64,000 nucleotides of DNA. Origin: Neoechinorhynchus agilis (lineage: Eukaryota > Animalia > Acanthocephala). The first letter of the stretch is position 1; each line of letters opens with the position of its first letter. The position numbers and the translations under genes are program-made. Under the pieces are notes generated by a model, which was not told the origin of the DNA, searched no databases, and saw only the letters and a list, made by a program, of their open reading frames with translations. The stretch lies in assembly GCA_051530055.1 (NCBI GenBank), contig CM121343.1, positions 1,520,389 to 1,584,388 on the forward strand, written 5' to 3'. Shown here in pieces: positions 36,601 to 50,034 of this stretch.

Positions 36601-38219
36601 CAGATGTTGAAATTTGAGTTCTTAACAATAAAATTGCTAATATTCTCGGTTGTATATTGCTCTGAAGAAAGATGGTTCTAGAAAGGATTTCTCGCATCGA
36701 TTGTTTTAGGAATCTGAATTCCAATTACTAGAACTCACTAGATGAATATTAACGGAGAACAAAATCTTTGATACTAAAATTTTACTTTTAATACCAAATT
36801 ATATATTGATGTTGTTTTACGTATTTAGGTTATAAATAACGAATCTATTTTGTATAGGAAAAGACCTATAAACGAATATATTCTTTGCTGCCTTGGACAA
36901 AGGCACTGATGAAATGGAAAAAATATCCAGTCAAGAATCAAGACGCTCGATTTCAAAGCAATTATCGTGCACCATCTCATTCGCCACAAGCTGTCAATTC
37001 TGGAAGTTCTAATCCGCAAGGTACAAGTTCACAAGAACCTCACATGCGAGATGTCGGTGAATGTGCGATTGAACTACCTGATCGATCAATGTTTCGTGTA
37101 CTTATCGAAACACCTTCACCTACTAAAACGAAAACGATGACCTTAGAGTACGTGTTGAAGGAACCTTTGGCCAAACGTGGCTATGTATGGTTTCGAACCA
37201 CATTGCGCAATGCCTTTAGTCTAAAGAGAATCCCATATTCGTTAAACGCTTATGAAGTAGTGGGCCAGCGAATTAAACTGTATGCTGATCGGGCAATCTT
37301 TGTGATCGTTATCGAACATTGCCAGGACTGTCTTCGCCGACAACCTTTAACTGAGCCGGACGTTATCGCATCCGGTTCAGTTATAAAAGAGCACGAAACA
37401 TTCGACAGACACTGGCACACGTTTGCCGTGTCGACCCAGAAGGAGAGTTCACTTCGAATTGCTATTGAATCTATAGGCTGCTCTCGGTTGCCCGCAATAA
37501 CATCGCTGATCTCAGAGGGTTTTCTCTACACAATAGACGGGGAACGGAGAATCGTAAGTTCCGACGAACAAGCATATAAGGTTGATAATCGTTGTCTATT
37601 CTTGACCCAATCGAAATACGCCTCATTCGACGACGTGCCAATGTACGGAGTTGATTTTGGTGGCTGTGACCATTTTGATGGATTTTTAGAAGAAAACAAT
37701 CTTAATGTAATTGAACACTTTTCTACCAAGGACACCGCTGTCGATGTGGACGTTTCCTCGGCTGACGCGGCGAACCAAATCGACAAAACGCCTTCCCCTC
37801 CAACGTTACAAAACCCGGCTTTAACGATCTTCAGACGTTTTAAAAGGAGTATATCCCATTCACGTTTAATCAGCGAATCCTCATATGATGCACCAATTAG
37901 CGACGATAGCTTTCATGAAGGTGACGACTTTGACGATGATGACACTTACAGCTTACCGGATACATTTCGAAGATCTCAAAGAAATCGATTTAAACACACG
38001 GAAAGAGAAACGAGAGCACATTCGCATGACGACAGTTTCGAATCCTGCCATCAGTCGATGGTAACTGATGCTGAATGCAATTCTGATCAACAATTTACTA
38101 TAATTGATGACGAGATGATTCAAGAGGATTCTTTAGAGAGCAAACATAAATTAGAGGATGACGATATTATCAGAGCTTTGAGCTCTCCGAGAAACCGAGA
38201 GCCCATTAATTGGCCCTAA
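33612..38219 (+). CDS. RGS12/Loco-like regulator of G-protein signalling (PDZ, PTB-like, RGS, RBD-like), multi-exon
   Basis: PDZ: GFGFSLKGEKPC...GLREADILVEVDGKNV. RGS exons: WSVSFSDVL, EFSEENLDFWLAC and IYNLMKYDAYPRFLKS. RBD-like CAIELPDRS lies in the last exon 36858-38219. Confidence 0.8.
36236..36411. mobile_element. Fold-back element in an RGS12-like intron
   Basis: Arms of about 66 bp: TATTCTCAATAGCGAATTGTAACATACTCGAGTTTATTGAAATCAACCTTG... versus its reverse complement at 36345-36411, with about a 41-nt spacer. Confidence 0.7.
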
Positions 38220-38363
38220 AAGACAACAGGACATCGCCGTTGCCCCAAACGTGTGAATAAAAGACATTGTGAGTGGGTAAGTTAAGGATATCTAGTTCAG
38301 CAGCAGTCGTAAACTTGTTTAATATAATCTCGCTAATGCGGATAAAACCAAAGAATGACAAGA

Positions 38364-41210
38364 TTACAGGTACAGGTATTCGAGCGAATTATCTGCACGC
38401 TGGGAAAACTCTTGACGATCCACACTTACAATCAAATTCCGATCAGTCGCGTCCTCTATCAATGCACGCCAGTTTTTATCGATGCGTAGGGAAGCTGCGT
38501 GACCGCAAACAATTAGGCAATGCTTTGCCCGAGTGATCGATACATTCATTCGTTGCATTGAAGCAACGAAGCCAATTGATCGACCCTTTTTTCCATGAGC
38601 TCGGACACAAGATAGAATTATTACGTCCTTTTCCCTGCCTTGATACCCGTCTACTGATTTAACCTCAACGCATTCGAACTTCTTACCTAGCATTTTCTTG
38701 ATACATTGCACCTGCTCATTGTAGAATGTAATCACTCCGATCTGTGATGGCTTAAACGTGGTTCGTCTCGTAATCGAAGCAATGGTCCAACGAATAAATC
38801 TCGATTCGTGTACATTGTAGTAGGATTTACCAGACATTTGGCTATCATCCGGTACAATTCGGCGTTTTTCGCGCGCCACCGTTATGTCATAGAAGAGATA
38901 TGGCTTAAAATGAAGGTATATTGAATCACAAAAATCCTGATTTTGGCCGCTTAATTTTTCTAAAAACTAACTTTTCTTACAATAATAAGGCAAAAAACGT
39001 GCAATCACCACCGTCCGCAAAATCTTAGCTTCTCTCCTTCGCTGCTAACTAACAAAATTTCAAATGTTTCTAATTTGTATCATAATTGTGGTCGATGATG
39101 AACGCGTTTTCGTAAAAAAAATAAGCGTAGATTTGCTATAAACGAGCCCACTGATAGCCACAACATCCGTAGATATAAAATTTGCTTATTGAAGGCAAAT
39201 AAGATTACAAAACATGGTCTGATTTATGGCCCTATCGATTTGCTCAACTTAAAATCAAAGTGATTGAAAGTGTAAATACTAACTCTGGGCGCTCACTGAG
39301 TAACAGTCACGTATTGAACGAAAGGAAGTGGGGATTTTCCGATTGTGCAAGTGGAAAAGTTCGTGCAATCCAAAACAATTGAAATGGTCCCTGTCGTGGA
39401 CGTTCAAACGCCGGGAAACATCTTTGCACAATCACAACATAAGATTTCTTAGCTAGGAATCTGAGATTATTTGATCAATGCACTGAAAATTAGCATCCCT
39501 TCAGCAAAAATAACCATTCCTACAGACGATTGTTTTGATTTTTGCTGGACTATAAATGGTATAGAAGTACCAGCCAAGATTAGACGCTAAGAACCTTTAC
39601 CTTGCTCCCGTGAAGAAATGCTTATATACCATCATAAATACATTGCGACTCTTTCTTGCGTTGAGCTGCTAAGTGGCGATCAGTGAAGACATTTGAACCA
39701 TAAATTAAGGAAGACGGAAACCGACATATCTCTGGATGCATCCGGTACTGTTGATTAAGGCGCCTTATTATACCGTGTTTTGCAAAAACCACAGACAGGC
39801 GGGACATAAAAGAATTTCCTAGACCTGCACGTTGGGCTTTCATTGACAGTACTGTTGGCGGCAATTGCTCCGGATCGCCAACCAAAATCATCTTTTTAAC
39901 ATTTAAACGAAGCGGTATAAAACATTCAGTTTCGATCGATTGACCTGCTTCGTCAACGATAACACAATCGAAATAACCACAACATTGATTAAATATAACA
40001 GATCCGGTATAGTTAAGCGTACTAACAATGACAAAAGCTTTTTGCAATAAGTAATTCATTCCGCTCCTATTATTGGGCACCATAGTCCTCATGCATACGT
40101 GCTTCAATTTCACATCGGAAGTTGGTTTGGAAGAGACTCTAAAGTAAGATTTTCTTTATTGTGTAAAGAAAACCTTAGACGAAGAACTTTGTCAAATGGC
40201 AGTACATTCAATAACTTGTTAGTAACGGCATCGCATGCATCGTTGGATGGCGCACAGATCAAGATTTTGCGAAATTTATAGTTTTCTCCGAAAAACATGA
40301 ATTTTACTAAACCTGCTATAACATGACTCTTCCCTGTGCCGGGCGGACCTTGCAAAAAGTGGAATGATGGACCATCTAATTTCATGGAGAAGTAAAGCTC
40401 TGTCATAATTTCCAGCTGCAGGGAGTTATATTCTTGTTCGTTTACATGACACGGTGGATTTTTCGACATACACGTAGTTGACAGGCGAAAGTGTTCAATA
40501 TATCTTGCTGGATTCAGAATAGAACTACAAAGCGATGTATCTCGTAAGTCCGCGAGTGCTTTGAATCTACGTATGTGAGTGATCAACGATGTTAAGCGGT
40601 GCATCTTATTCATTTCCGTCTTAAATGCATTATTGAAAACGACCGTTAATAGAGCATATTTATTCTTTTCGAAGTATTTTTTCGAAAGCTGAATATCGAG
40701 TAATCCTTGATCAGAATGCCGCAACGATCGCTTTTCAAGTATCAGTCCAAGACTTTTTACCGCTGACTCCCCCCCTTGGGTTGCGATCACAAGGTCATGA
40801 GTAGACAACCAGTCTGAATCTTCAATTATGGCATGATAGCCAATGCACGCGTCGAGCCGTATCCCTGACCAAAGTCGATGGCTTAGCGTAAATGGAACGT
40901 GTTTGTCAAACAGTCGAACACCCATCTCGTTCAGACTTTGAACGGCATCCATCCACATCTCGTCCAGGTGCAATGGAACCATAACTGTCACAAAGTGAGA
41001 ATAGTCTCCAAACACAGGGGGAACCGCTGTACGTTTTCCCCCTAATTCAGCGCCTTTCAGAAGATCTTCGTATTTCCAATTGGTGACAATTTCAAAAACT
41101 TTCGGAATTTTAGAACCACCATCAAACAAGGCATCACCTGATCTTTTGCTTCCTATGTTGAATTGTGTAAACTCGTCACAAAGATCCGCAATGCACTCTC
41201 TCTCCAGCAT
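38364..41210 (-). CDS. Sen1/senataxin-like (Upf1-family SF1B) RNA/DNA helicase, multi-exon
   Basis: Motifs LQGPPGTGKS, ILICAPSNDACD, VIVDEAGQ, LVGDPEQLPPTV, QYRMHPEI, IGVITFY, VDGYQGREKD and RMNVSITRAK. A 35-nt intron near 40140-40175 restores the frame. Confidence 0.88.
38994..39040 (-). mobile_element. 47-nt 3'-end remnant of the CRE-like element, inside a helicase intron
   Basis: AAAACGTGCAATCACCACCGTCCGCAAAATCTTAGCTTCTCTCCTTC matches 2919-2965 with one mismatch. Confidence 0.7.
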
Positions 41211-41419
41211 AGCAAAAATCTTCTAAAACAAAAATCCTTTAGAAAATTAAATACACTACGACGAAAGTAGTTAATCTTTCCCTTATTAATATCTAATTAT
41301 ACGCGTTTCTTTCAGCGTTTATGTGCTGTAGCGCTCCTGCGTTCAAACACTATTTCACGTTTAAGGCTTTTTATCACGTTCAGGCAGTTATCTCACGTTC
41401 AAGCATTTTAATCCTCTAA

Positions 41420-42013
41420 ATGTCTTACCCTTAACTTAACCAAGTGATTTAAAATCGCCCCCTCAATCTCAAATAGCCCTTCCGATCAGCCACTTCTTCC
41501 TTTTCCTATCATTCGGGTCTCCTCTGTTCGCATACTTCGTATCCATTTTCAGAAAAATCTAAAATTTGATAAGCACATATCAATTTCGTTGCACAAAGGA
41601 TCCATTAAACTCTATCTTCTTAAACGCCTCCGATACGATCAGCGAAAGACCTTAAGTACTTTTACAACATCGCCATCCAACTAACGCTGCAATTTTTCTT
41701 CTAAACTAGTCAAAAACTTAATACATTTCACAAGAGGTGCGCTCTAATCTGCGCCATTAGAAAAACACCTCTCTCTAATCTTCTCTTCAATTTCTACCAC
41801 ACCTTTCTCCTTTTACTCGCGCTTATAACACTCGTCACCTCAACATTTTCCATCTTTCAGTTCGTCGCACAAATCTCCACCTCCGCTCCTTCTTCCCCAC
41901 TGCTCAATCTTCCAAATGCGAATTGATTCAGAGGAAGGAACGGAAAACAACAACTACAAATTAACTAACCAAAATGAACCAACAGACCAAAAACAATTTC
42001 TACCAACCATAGT
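41420..42013 (+). mobile_element. Decayed LINE ORF2 3' fragment
   Basis: LTLNLTK, RVSSVRIL, LKFDKHI and LYLLKRLR remnants. 41539-42013 is the reverse complement of 9189-9692 with a deletion of about 45 bp. Confidence 0.6.
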
Positions 42014-42229
42014 CCATAGTCAACAGTCAACTTACCTAAGAAAAAAATTCTTCAAATCTCTCAACGAATCTTAAAGAAGTACCGAAATCAATCTTTCGCA
42101 AATTCAAGTGTTCACAAGGATCCAAACATACATGGGTCCTTTTCTTTTGTTAATTATCAAATAAAAATGCCAGCCCATGTGCCTTTTTTGAAAAATTTGA
42201 TCAATCATGCGGCTGGGAAAAAATATTTG

Positions 42230-45200
42230 CAAAGATTTTGTCCATAGATTGTTTTTGATCAGGTGAAAAAAAGAAAATCGATTTAATTTGATTAATATTT
42301 CGTCCTCTACTTGGAACTTCTTCAAAATTGTTAGAGTAATGAGAAACAATAAAGAAAGTAATTTTAAAAATGAAATCCATAATTAATAGATTTTTTTTCC
42401 ATGCACGGCCGAATTGACACACAGTCCACCGACCGGCTGAGCCACATAAAAATTCTAATAAATATCCATAGATTGTTTTTATATGGGCGAAATAAAGAAA
42501 ATTGATTTAATTTGATTAATCTCTCGTCCTCTACGTGGAACTTTTTCACAATTCCTAAAGTACTGAGAAACAAAAATGAAAGCTCTTTTAAGGATGTTAT
42601 CCATAGATTGTTTTTATTTGGGCGAAATAAAGAAAATTGATTTAATTTGATAAATATTCCGTCTACTACGTGGATCGTTTTCAGAATTCTTAAAGTACTG
42701 AGAACAATAATGAAAGCTCTTTTAAAGATGTTATCCATGGATTGTTTTTATTTTGGCGAAATAACGAAAATTGATTTAATTTGATTAATATTCCGTCTTC
42801 TACGTGTAAGTTCATTAGAATTGTTAAAGTAATGAGAAAAGAAAACGAAAGCTCTTTTAAAGATGTTGTCCATAGATTGTTTTTATTTGGGCGAAATAAA
42901 GAAAATTGATTTAATTTGATTAATCTCTCGTCCTCTACGTGGAACTTTTTCAGAATTCTTAAAGTAATGAGAAACAAAAATGAAAGCTTTTTTAAAGATG
43001 TTGTCCATAGATTGTTTTTATTTGGGCGAAATAAAGAAAATTGATTTAATTTGATTAATCTCTCGTCCTCTACGTGGAACTTTTTCAGAATTCTTAAAGT
43101 ACTGAGAAACAAAAATGAAAGCTCTTTTAAAGATGTTATCCATAGATTGTTTTTATTTGGGCGAAATAAAGAAAATTGATTTAATTTGATTAATCTCTCG
43201 TCCTCTACGTGGAACTTTTTCAGAATTCTTAAAGTAATGAGAAACAATAATGAAAGCTCTTTTAAAGATGTTATCCATAGATTGTTTTTATTTGGGCGAA
43301 ATAAAGAAAATTGATTTAATTTGATTAATATTACGTCTTCTACGTGGATCTTTTTCAGAATTCTTAAAGTACTGAGAAACAAAAATGAAAGCTCTTTTAA
43401 AGATGTTATCCATAGATTGTTTTTATTTGGGCGAAATAAAGAAAATTGATTTAATTTGATTAATATTCCGTCTTCTACGTGGATCTTTTTCAGAATTCTT
43501 AAAGTACTGAGAAACAAAAATGAAAGCTCTTTTAAAGATGTTATCCATAGATTGTTTTTATTTGGGCGAAATAGAGAAAATTGATTTAATTTGATTAATA
43601 TTCTGTCCTCTACGTGGAACTTTTTCAGAATTCTTAAAGTAATGAGAAACAATAATGAAAGCTCTTTTAAAGATGTTATCCATAGATTGTTTTTATTTGG
43701 GCGAAATAAAGAAAATTGATTTAATTTGATTAATATTCGTCTTCTACGTGGATTTTTTTTGTTTTTGAATAAGAAAATGATTTAATTTGATTAATTTCGT
43801 CCTCTACGTGGAACTTTTAGAATTCTTAAAGTAATGAGAAAAAAAATGAAGTTTTTAAAGATGTTATCCATAGATTGTTTTTATTTGGGCGAAATAAAGA
43901 AAATTGATTTAATTTGATTAATCTCTCGTCCTCTACGTGGAACTTTTCAGAATTCTTAAAGTAATGAGAAACAAAAATGAAAGCTCTTTTAAAGATGTTA
44001 TCCATAGATTGTTTTTATTTGGGCGAAATAAAGAAAATTGATTTAATTTGATTAATATTCCGTCTTCTACGTGGAACTTTTTCAGAATTCTTAAAGTACT
44101 GAGAAACAAAAATGAAAGCTCTTTTAAAGATGTTATCCATAGATTGTTTTTATTTGGGGATAGAAAATTTATTTGAGTCTAACTTTTCAGAATTTTAAAT
44201 ATGAGAACAAAATGAAGTTTAAAGATGTTATCCATAGATTGTTTTTTTTGGGCGAAATAAAGAAAATTGATTTAATTTGATTAATATTCCGTCTTCTACG
44301 TGGATCTTTTTCAGAATTCTTAAAGTACTGAGAAACAAAAATGAAAGCTCTTTTAAAGATGTTATCCATAGATTGTTTTTATTTTGGCGAAATAACGAAA
44401 ATTGATTTTATTTGATTAATATTCCGTCTTCTACGTGGATCTTTTTCAGAATTCTTAAAGTACTGAGAAACAAAAATGAAAGCTCTTTTAAAGATGTTAT
44501 CCATAGATTGTTTTTATTTGGGCGAAATAAAGAAAATTGATTTAATTTGATTAATATTCCGTCTTCTACGTGGACCTTTTTCAGAATTCTTAAAGTAATG
44601 AGAAACAAAAATGAAAGCTCTTTTAAAGATGTTATCCATAGATTGTTTTTATTTGGGCGAAATAGAGAAAATTGATTTAATTTGATTAATATTCTGTCCT
44701 CTACGTGGAACTTTTTCAGAATTCTTAAAGTACTGAGAAACAAAAATTAAAGCTCTTTTAAAGATGTTATCCATAGATTGTTTTTATTTGGGCGAAATAA
44801 AGAAAATTGATTTAATTTGATTAATCTCTCGTCCTCTACGTGGATCTTTTTCAGAATTCTTAAAGTAATGAGAAACAATAATGAAAGCTCTTTTAAAGAT
44901 GTTATCCATAGATTGTTTTTATTTGGGCGAAATAAAGAAAATTGATTTAATTTGATTAATCTCTCGTCCTCTACGTGGAACTTTTTCAGAATTCTTAAGT
45001 ACTGAGAAACAAAATTAAAGCTCTTTTAAAGATGTTATCCATAGATTGTTTTTATTTGGGCGAAATAAAAAAAATTGATTTAATTTGATTAATATTCCGT
45101 CTTCTACGTGGACCTTTTAATTTTAAAGTGAGAAAAAATAAGTCTTTTAAGATGTTTCCTGATTGTTTTTTTGGCGAAATAAGAAAATTGATTTAATTTG

Positions 45201-48200
45201 ATTAATATCTGTCTCTACGTGGAACTTTTTCAGAATTCTTAAAGTAATGAGAAACAAAAATGAAAGCTCTTTTAAAGATGTTATCCATAGATTGTTTTTA
45301 TTTGGGCGAAATAGAGAAAATTGATTTAATTTGATTAATATTCTGTCTTCTACGTGGAACTTTTTCAGAATTCTTAAAGTACTGAGAAACAAAAATTAAA
45401 GCTCTTTTAAAGATGTTATCCATAGATTGTTTTTATTTGGGCGAAAAAAAGAAAATTGATTTAATTTGATTAATCTCTCGTCCTCTACGTGGATCTTTTT
45501 CAGAATTCTTAAAGTAATGAGAAACAATAATGAAAGCTCTTTTAAAGATGTTATCCATAGATTGTTTTTGTTTGGGCGAAATAAAGAAAATTGATTTAAT
45601 TTGATTAATATTACGTCTTCTACGTGGATCTTTTTCAGAATTCTTAAAGTACTGAGAAACAAAAATGAAAGCTCTTTTAAAGATGTTATCCATAGATTGT
45701 TTTTATTTTGGCGAAATAAAGAAAATTGATTTAATTTGATTAATCTCTCGTCCTCTACGTGGATCTTTTTCGAATTCTTAAAGTAATGAGAAACAAAATG
45801 AAAGCTCTTTTAAAGATGTTATCCATAGATTGTTTTTATTTTGGCGAAATAACGAAAATTGATTTTATTTGATTAATATTACGTCTTCTACGTGGATCTT
45901 TTTCAGAATTCTTAAAGTACTGAGAAACAAAAATGAAAGCTCTTTTAAAGATGTTATCCATAGATTGTTTTTATTTGGGCGAAATAAAGAAAATTGATTT
46001 AATTTGATTAATATTCCGTCTTCTACGTGGACCTTTTTCAGAATTCTTAAAGTAATGAGAAACAATAATGAAAGCTCTTTTAAAGATGTTATCCATAGAT
46101 TGTTTTTATTTGGGCGAAATAAAGAAAATTGATTTAATTTGATTAATATTCTGTCTTCTACGTGGAACTTTTTCAGAATTCTTAAAGTACTGAGAAACAA
46201 AAATTAAAGCTCTTTTAAAGATGTTATCCATAGATTGTTTTTATTTGGGCGAAATAAAGAAAATTGATTTAATTTGATTAATATTCCGTCTTCTACGTGG
46301 ATCTTTTTCAGAATTCTTAAAGTAATGAGAAACAAAAATGAAAGCTCTTTTAAAGATGTTATCCATAGATTGTTTTTATTTGGGCGAAATAAAGAAAATT
46401 GATTTAATTTGATTAATATTCTGTCTTCTACGTGGAACTTTTTCAGAATTCTTAAAGTACTGAGAAACAAAAATGAAAGCTCTTTTAAAGATGTTATCCA
46501 TAGATTGTTTTTATTTGGGCGAAAAAAAAAGAAAATTGATTTAATTTGATTAATCTCTCGTCCTCTACGTGGATCTTTTTCAGAATTCTTAAAGTAATGA
46601 GAAACAAAAATGAAAGCTCTTTTAAAGATGTTATCCATAGATTGTTTTTATTTGGGCGAAATAAAGAAAATTGATTTAATTTGATTAATATCTCGTCCTC
46701 TACGTGGAACTTTTTCAGAATTCTTAAAGTACTGAGAAACAAAAATTAAAGCTCTTTTAAAGATGTTATCCATAGATTGTTTTTATTTGGGCGAAATAAA
46801 GAAAATTGATTTAATTTGATTAATATTCCGTCTTCTACGTGGACCTTTTTCAGAATTCTTAAAGTAATGAGAAACAATAATGAAAGCTCTTTTAAAGATG
46901 TTATCCATAGATTGTTTTTATTTGGGCGAAATAAAGAAAATTGATTTAATTTGATTAATATTCTGTCTTCTACGTGGAACTTTTTCAGAATTCTTAAAGT
47001 ACTGAGAAACAAAAATTAAAGCTCTTTTAAAGATGTTATCCATAGATTGTTTTTATTTGGGCGAAATAAAGAAAATTGATTTAATTTGATTAATATTCCG
47101 TCTTCTACGTGGATCTTTTTCAGAATTCTTAAAGTAATGAGAAACAAAAATGAAAGCTCTTTTAAAGATGTTATCCATAGATTGTTTTTATTTGGGCGAA
47201 ATAGAGAAAATTGATTTAATTTGATTAATATTCTGTCTTCTACGTGGAACTTTTTCAGAATTCTTAAAGTACTGAGAAACAAAAATTAAAGCTCTTTTAA
47301 AGATGTTATCCATAGATTGTTTTTATTTGGGCGAAAAAAAGAAAATTGATTTAATTTGATTAATCTCTCGTCCTCTACGTGGATCTTTTTCAGAATTCTT
47401 AAAGTAATGAGAAACAATAATGAAAGCTCTTTTAAAGATGTTATCCATAGATTGTTTTTATTTGGGCGAAATAAAGAAAATTGATTTAATTTGATTAATA
47501 TTCCGTCTTCTACGTGGATCTTTTTCAGAATTCTTAAAGTAATGAGAAACAAAAATGAAAGCTCTTTTAAAGATGTTATCCATAGATTGTTTTTATTTGG
47601 GCGAAATAAAGAAAATTGATTTAATTTGATTAATATTCCGTCTTCTACGTGGAACTTTTTCAGAATTCTTAAAGTACTGAGAAACAAAAATGAAAGCTCT
47701 TTTAAAGATGTTATCCATAGATTGTTTTTATTTGGGCGAAATAAAGAAAATTGATTTAATTTGATTAATCTCTCGTCCTCTACGTGGATCTTTTTCAGAA
47801 TTCTTAAAGTAATGAGAAACAAAAATGAAAGCTCTTTTAAAGATGTTATCCATAGATTGTTTTTATTTGGGCGAAATAAAGAAAATTGATTTAATTTGAT
47901 TAATATTACGTCTTCTACGTGGATCTTTTTCAGAATTCTTAAAGTACTGAGAAACAAAAATGAAAGCTCTTTTAAAGATGTTATCCATAGATTGTTTTTA
48001 TTTGGGCGAAATAAAGAAAATTGATTTAATTTGATTAATATTCCGTCTTCTACGTGGACCTTTTTCAGAATTCTTAAAGTAATGAGAAACAAAAATGAAA
48101 GCTCTTTTAAAGATGTTATCCATAGATTGTTTTTATTTGGGCGAAATAGAGAAAATTGATTTAATTTGATTAATATTCTGTCCTCTACGTGGAACTTTTT

Positions 48201-48425
48201 CAGAATTCTTAAAGTACTGAGAAACAAAAATGAAAGCTCTTTTAAAGATGTTATCCATAGATTGTTTTTATTTGGGCGAAATAGAGAAAATTGATTTAAT
48301 TTGATTAATATTCCGTCTTCTACGTGGACCTTTTTCAAAATTCTTAAAGTACTGAGAAACAAAAATTAAAGCTCTTTTAAAGATGTTACCCATAGATTGT
48401 TTTTATTTGGGTGAAATAAAGAAAT
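42230..48425. repeat. 135-bp AT-rich satellite (about 45 units) with local 270-bp higher-order periodicity
   Basis: The unit ATCCATAGATTGTTTTTATTTGGGCGAAATAAAGAAAATTGATTTAATTTGATTAAT... repeats throughout. A unique-sequence interruption lies at about 42350-42470. Confidence 0.95.
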
Positions 48426-48555
48426 TATATTTAATTTGAGATGACCACATCTCCAACTCTGTATTTCCGAAGTATTTCATGCGTCTAACGCATTTTAATA
48501 CTTTAAAGATAAGGAACAAAGGATGGGCGACTGAATGTGAAAAGTTAAAGTTTTA

Positions 48556-49450
48556 TTAAGAACCATTTAAATGTTGATTATTGCTGTCTTTTTGAGACTT
48601 GATTTTGTCATCTGATTTTGTGTCCGAGTTTATTGGTTCGTCCGCGTTGGCGAATTCCACTAGAAGATGATTCTCCCTCACTAATTTGAAATGATTGACA
48701 AACACAGTAAATCGTTTGCAAAGATGAGTTTCCTCCTCGAAGGTGTTAAATTCATTTCTGTGATGATAGTAAGAGTGAGTTAAGAACCTATAAATCCTTC
48801 TGCATATAGAAGATAATCGACTTATTGATAATTCATTTAATGTTTTCCCGTTTAAACTACAATAGGGATCAGTCAAAAGTAAAGATGCGCTAACATGCCA
48901 TTGGTCCAAGGCAACCCACCAAATATGAACCATTGGCATCCATATCGAGCGTATGACGTACATAATCGATGGCGGCACAGTTATTCGGTTTGTTATGGCC
49001 CGCACACATATAAACGCTGTTGGAATTATCTACCATGGAAGGACAGCCGAAAGCGGTGCAAACCTCCTGAAGAATAATGACCAATTTGTTCAATTCCTTG
49101 CAGAAATGTCTTACATTTCCATATTTCCACGAGCCAAAAGGATCGATTTTTTGAAGTGCATTGTCAAAGTCCTCGGAATTAACCTCGATGATTGTCTCTG
49201 GAGGCGTATTTAGCATCCAATCGACTTTGTCCGGCGCTTGATTTACTTGTTGCTGAATATATTTGTCAATCATAAAAGAGTCATTTACTTGATCAACGCT
49301 AATTCGTTTAAAATCATTGAATTGCTAAAAAAATCGTGAATAGAAGACCAGTAAAGAAAATCTTACCTTTAAGCTGCAACCTCGATCATTGCGAAACCTA
49401 AGATCGCATTTAGATATAACACCGTTTTTATCAACCGTCCAATCGTCCAT
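48556..49450 (-). CDS. MOB4: MOB4/phocein (STRIPAK subunit), three or more exons
   Basis: LRFRNDRG, KYIQQ, WKYGNVRHFCKELN, MCAGHNKP..CAAIDYVRHTLD and SICRRIYRFLTHSYYHHR...EEETHLCKRFT. AATAAA overlaps the stop codon. Confidence 0.85.
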
Positions 49451-49511
49451 AATCTCAAATAAAACGACGAAATACCCTCTTTGCAGTAATACCGTTCTCG
49501 CTCGTGCAAAA

Positions 49512-49635
49512 GATACTTTTTTCTTGGTTTTGCCACTTCCAATTTAAACTGACGAAATTATTGCCCCGATATTTCACGTCTTACGAAGAAGTCGGAATTA
49601 TCTGACCTGAAATAAATTAATCATTTTAAATCTCG
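49512..49635. mobile_element. Diverged copy of the 22346 fold-back element, just upstream of MOB4
   Basis: Shares GTTTTGCCACTTC..ATTTAAA, CCCCGATA.TTCACGTC and GTCGGAATTAT with 22330-22500. Confidence 0.55.
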
Positions 49636-50034
49636 AGTGGAAAAACAGGAACAAAGTCATAAAGTTCTATTTTGTCGCATAAAATTAGGACACGGCAGCA
49701 AAAATCTAAGGAAGGTCATTCAAATCGGCATAACAACGAAATCGCCACATCCCTCAACCATGCGCACAAAATTTTATGCATCAAAACATTTTCTACCTAC
49801 GTATCAGAAACGGCGCGCATCTCATGGAAACGATCAAAGCGAAGTAAAAATACATCCAGTGTTTACGTCATGCAATGTGCAGTCGCCCTGAATATCTACA
49901 TATCGGCTAATTTGCCGGGACTCGGATTATTTTTCAACTGGGTTATACTTTTTTGAGTTCCTCCAATCCTTCTACGTACATTTGTTGATTGCTGTGCGAA
50001 TCCAGCGAATTAAATGTGGCCGGACACCATTCGG

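Noticed and set aside
18190-45210. Clusters of heavily deleted repeat units (about 18190-18330, 31640-32280, 43740-43870, 44150-44240, 45110-45210)
   Set aside because: Many single-base deletions concentrated in homopolymers look like unpolished long-read consensus error, not biology.
42364-48362. Long minus-strand ORFs of 45-aa repeats
   Set aside because: These are satellite translations of a 135-bp unit, with frequent frameshifts and alternative-start artefacts.
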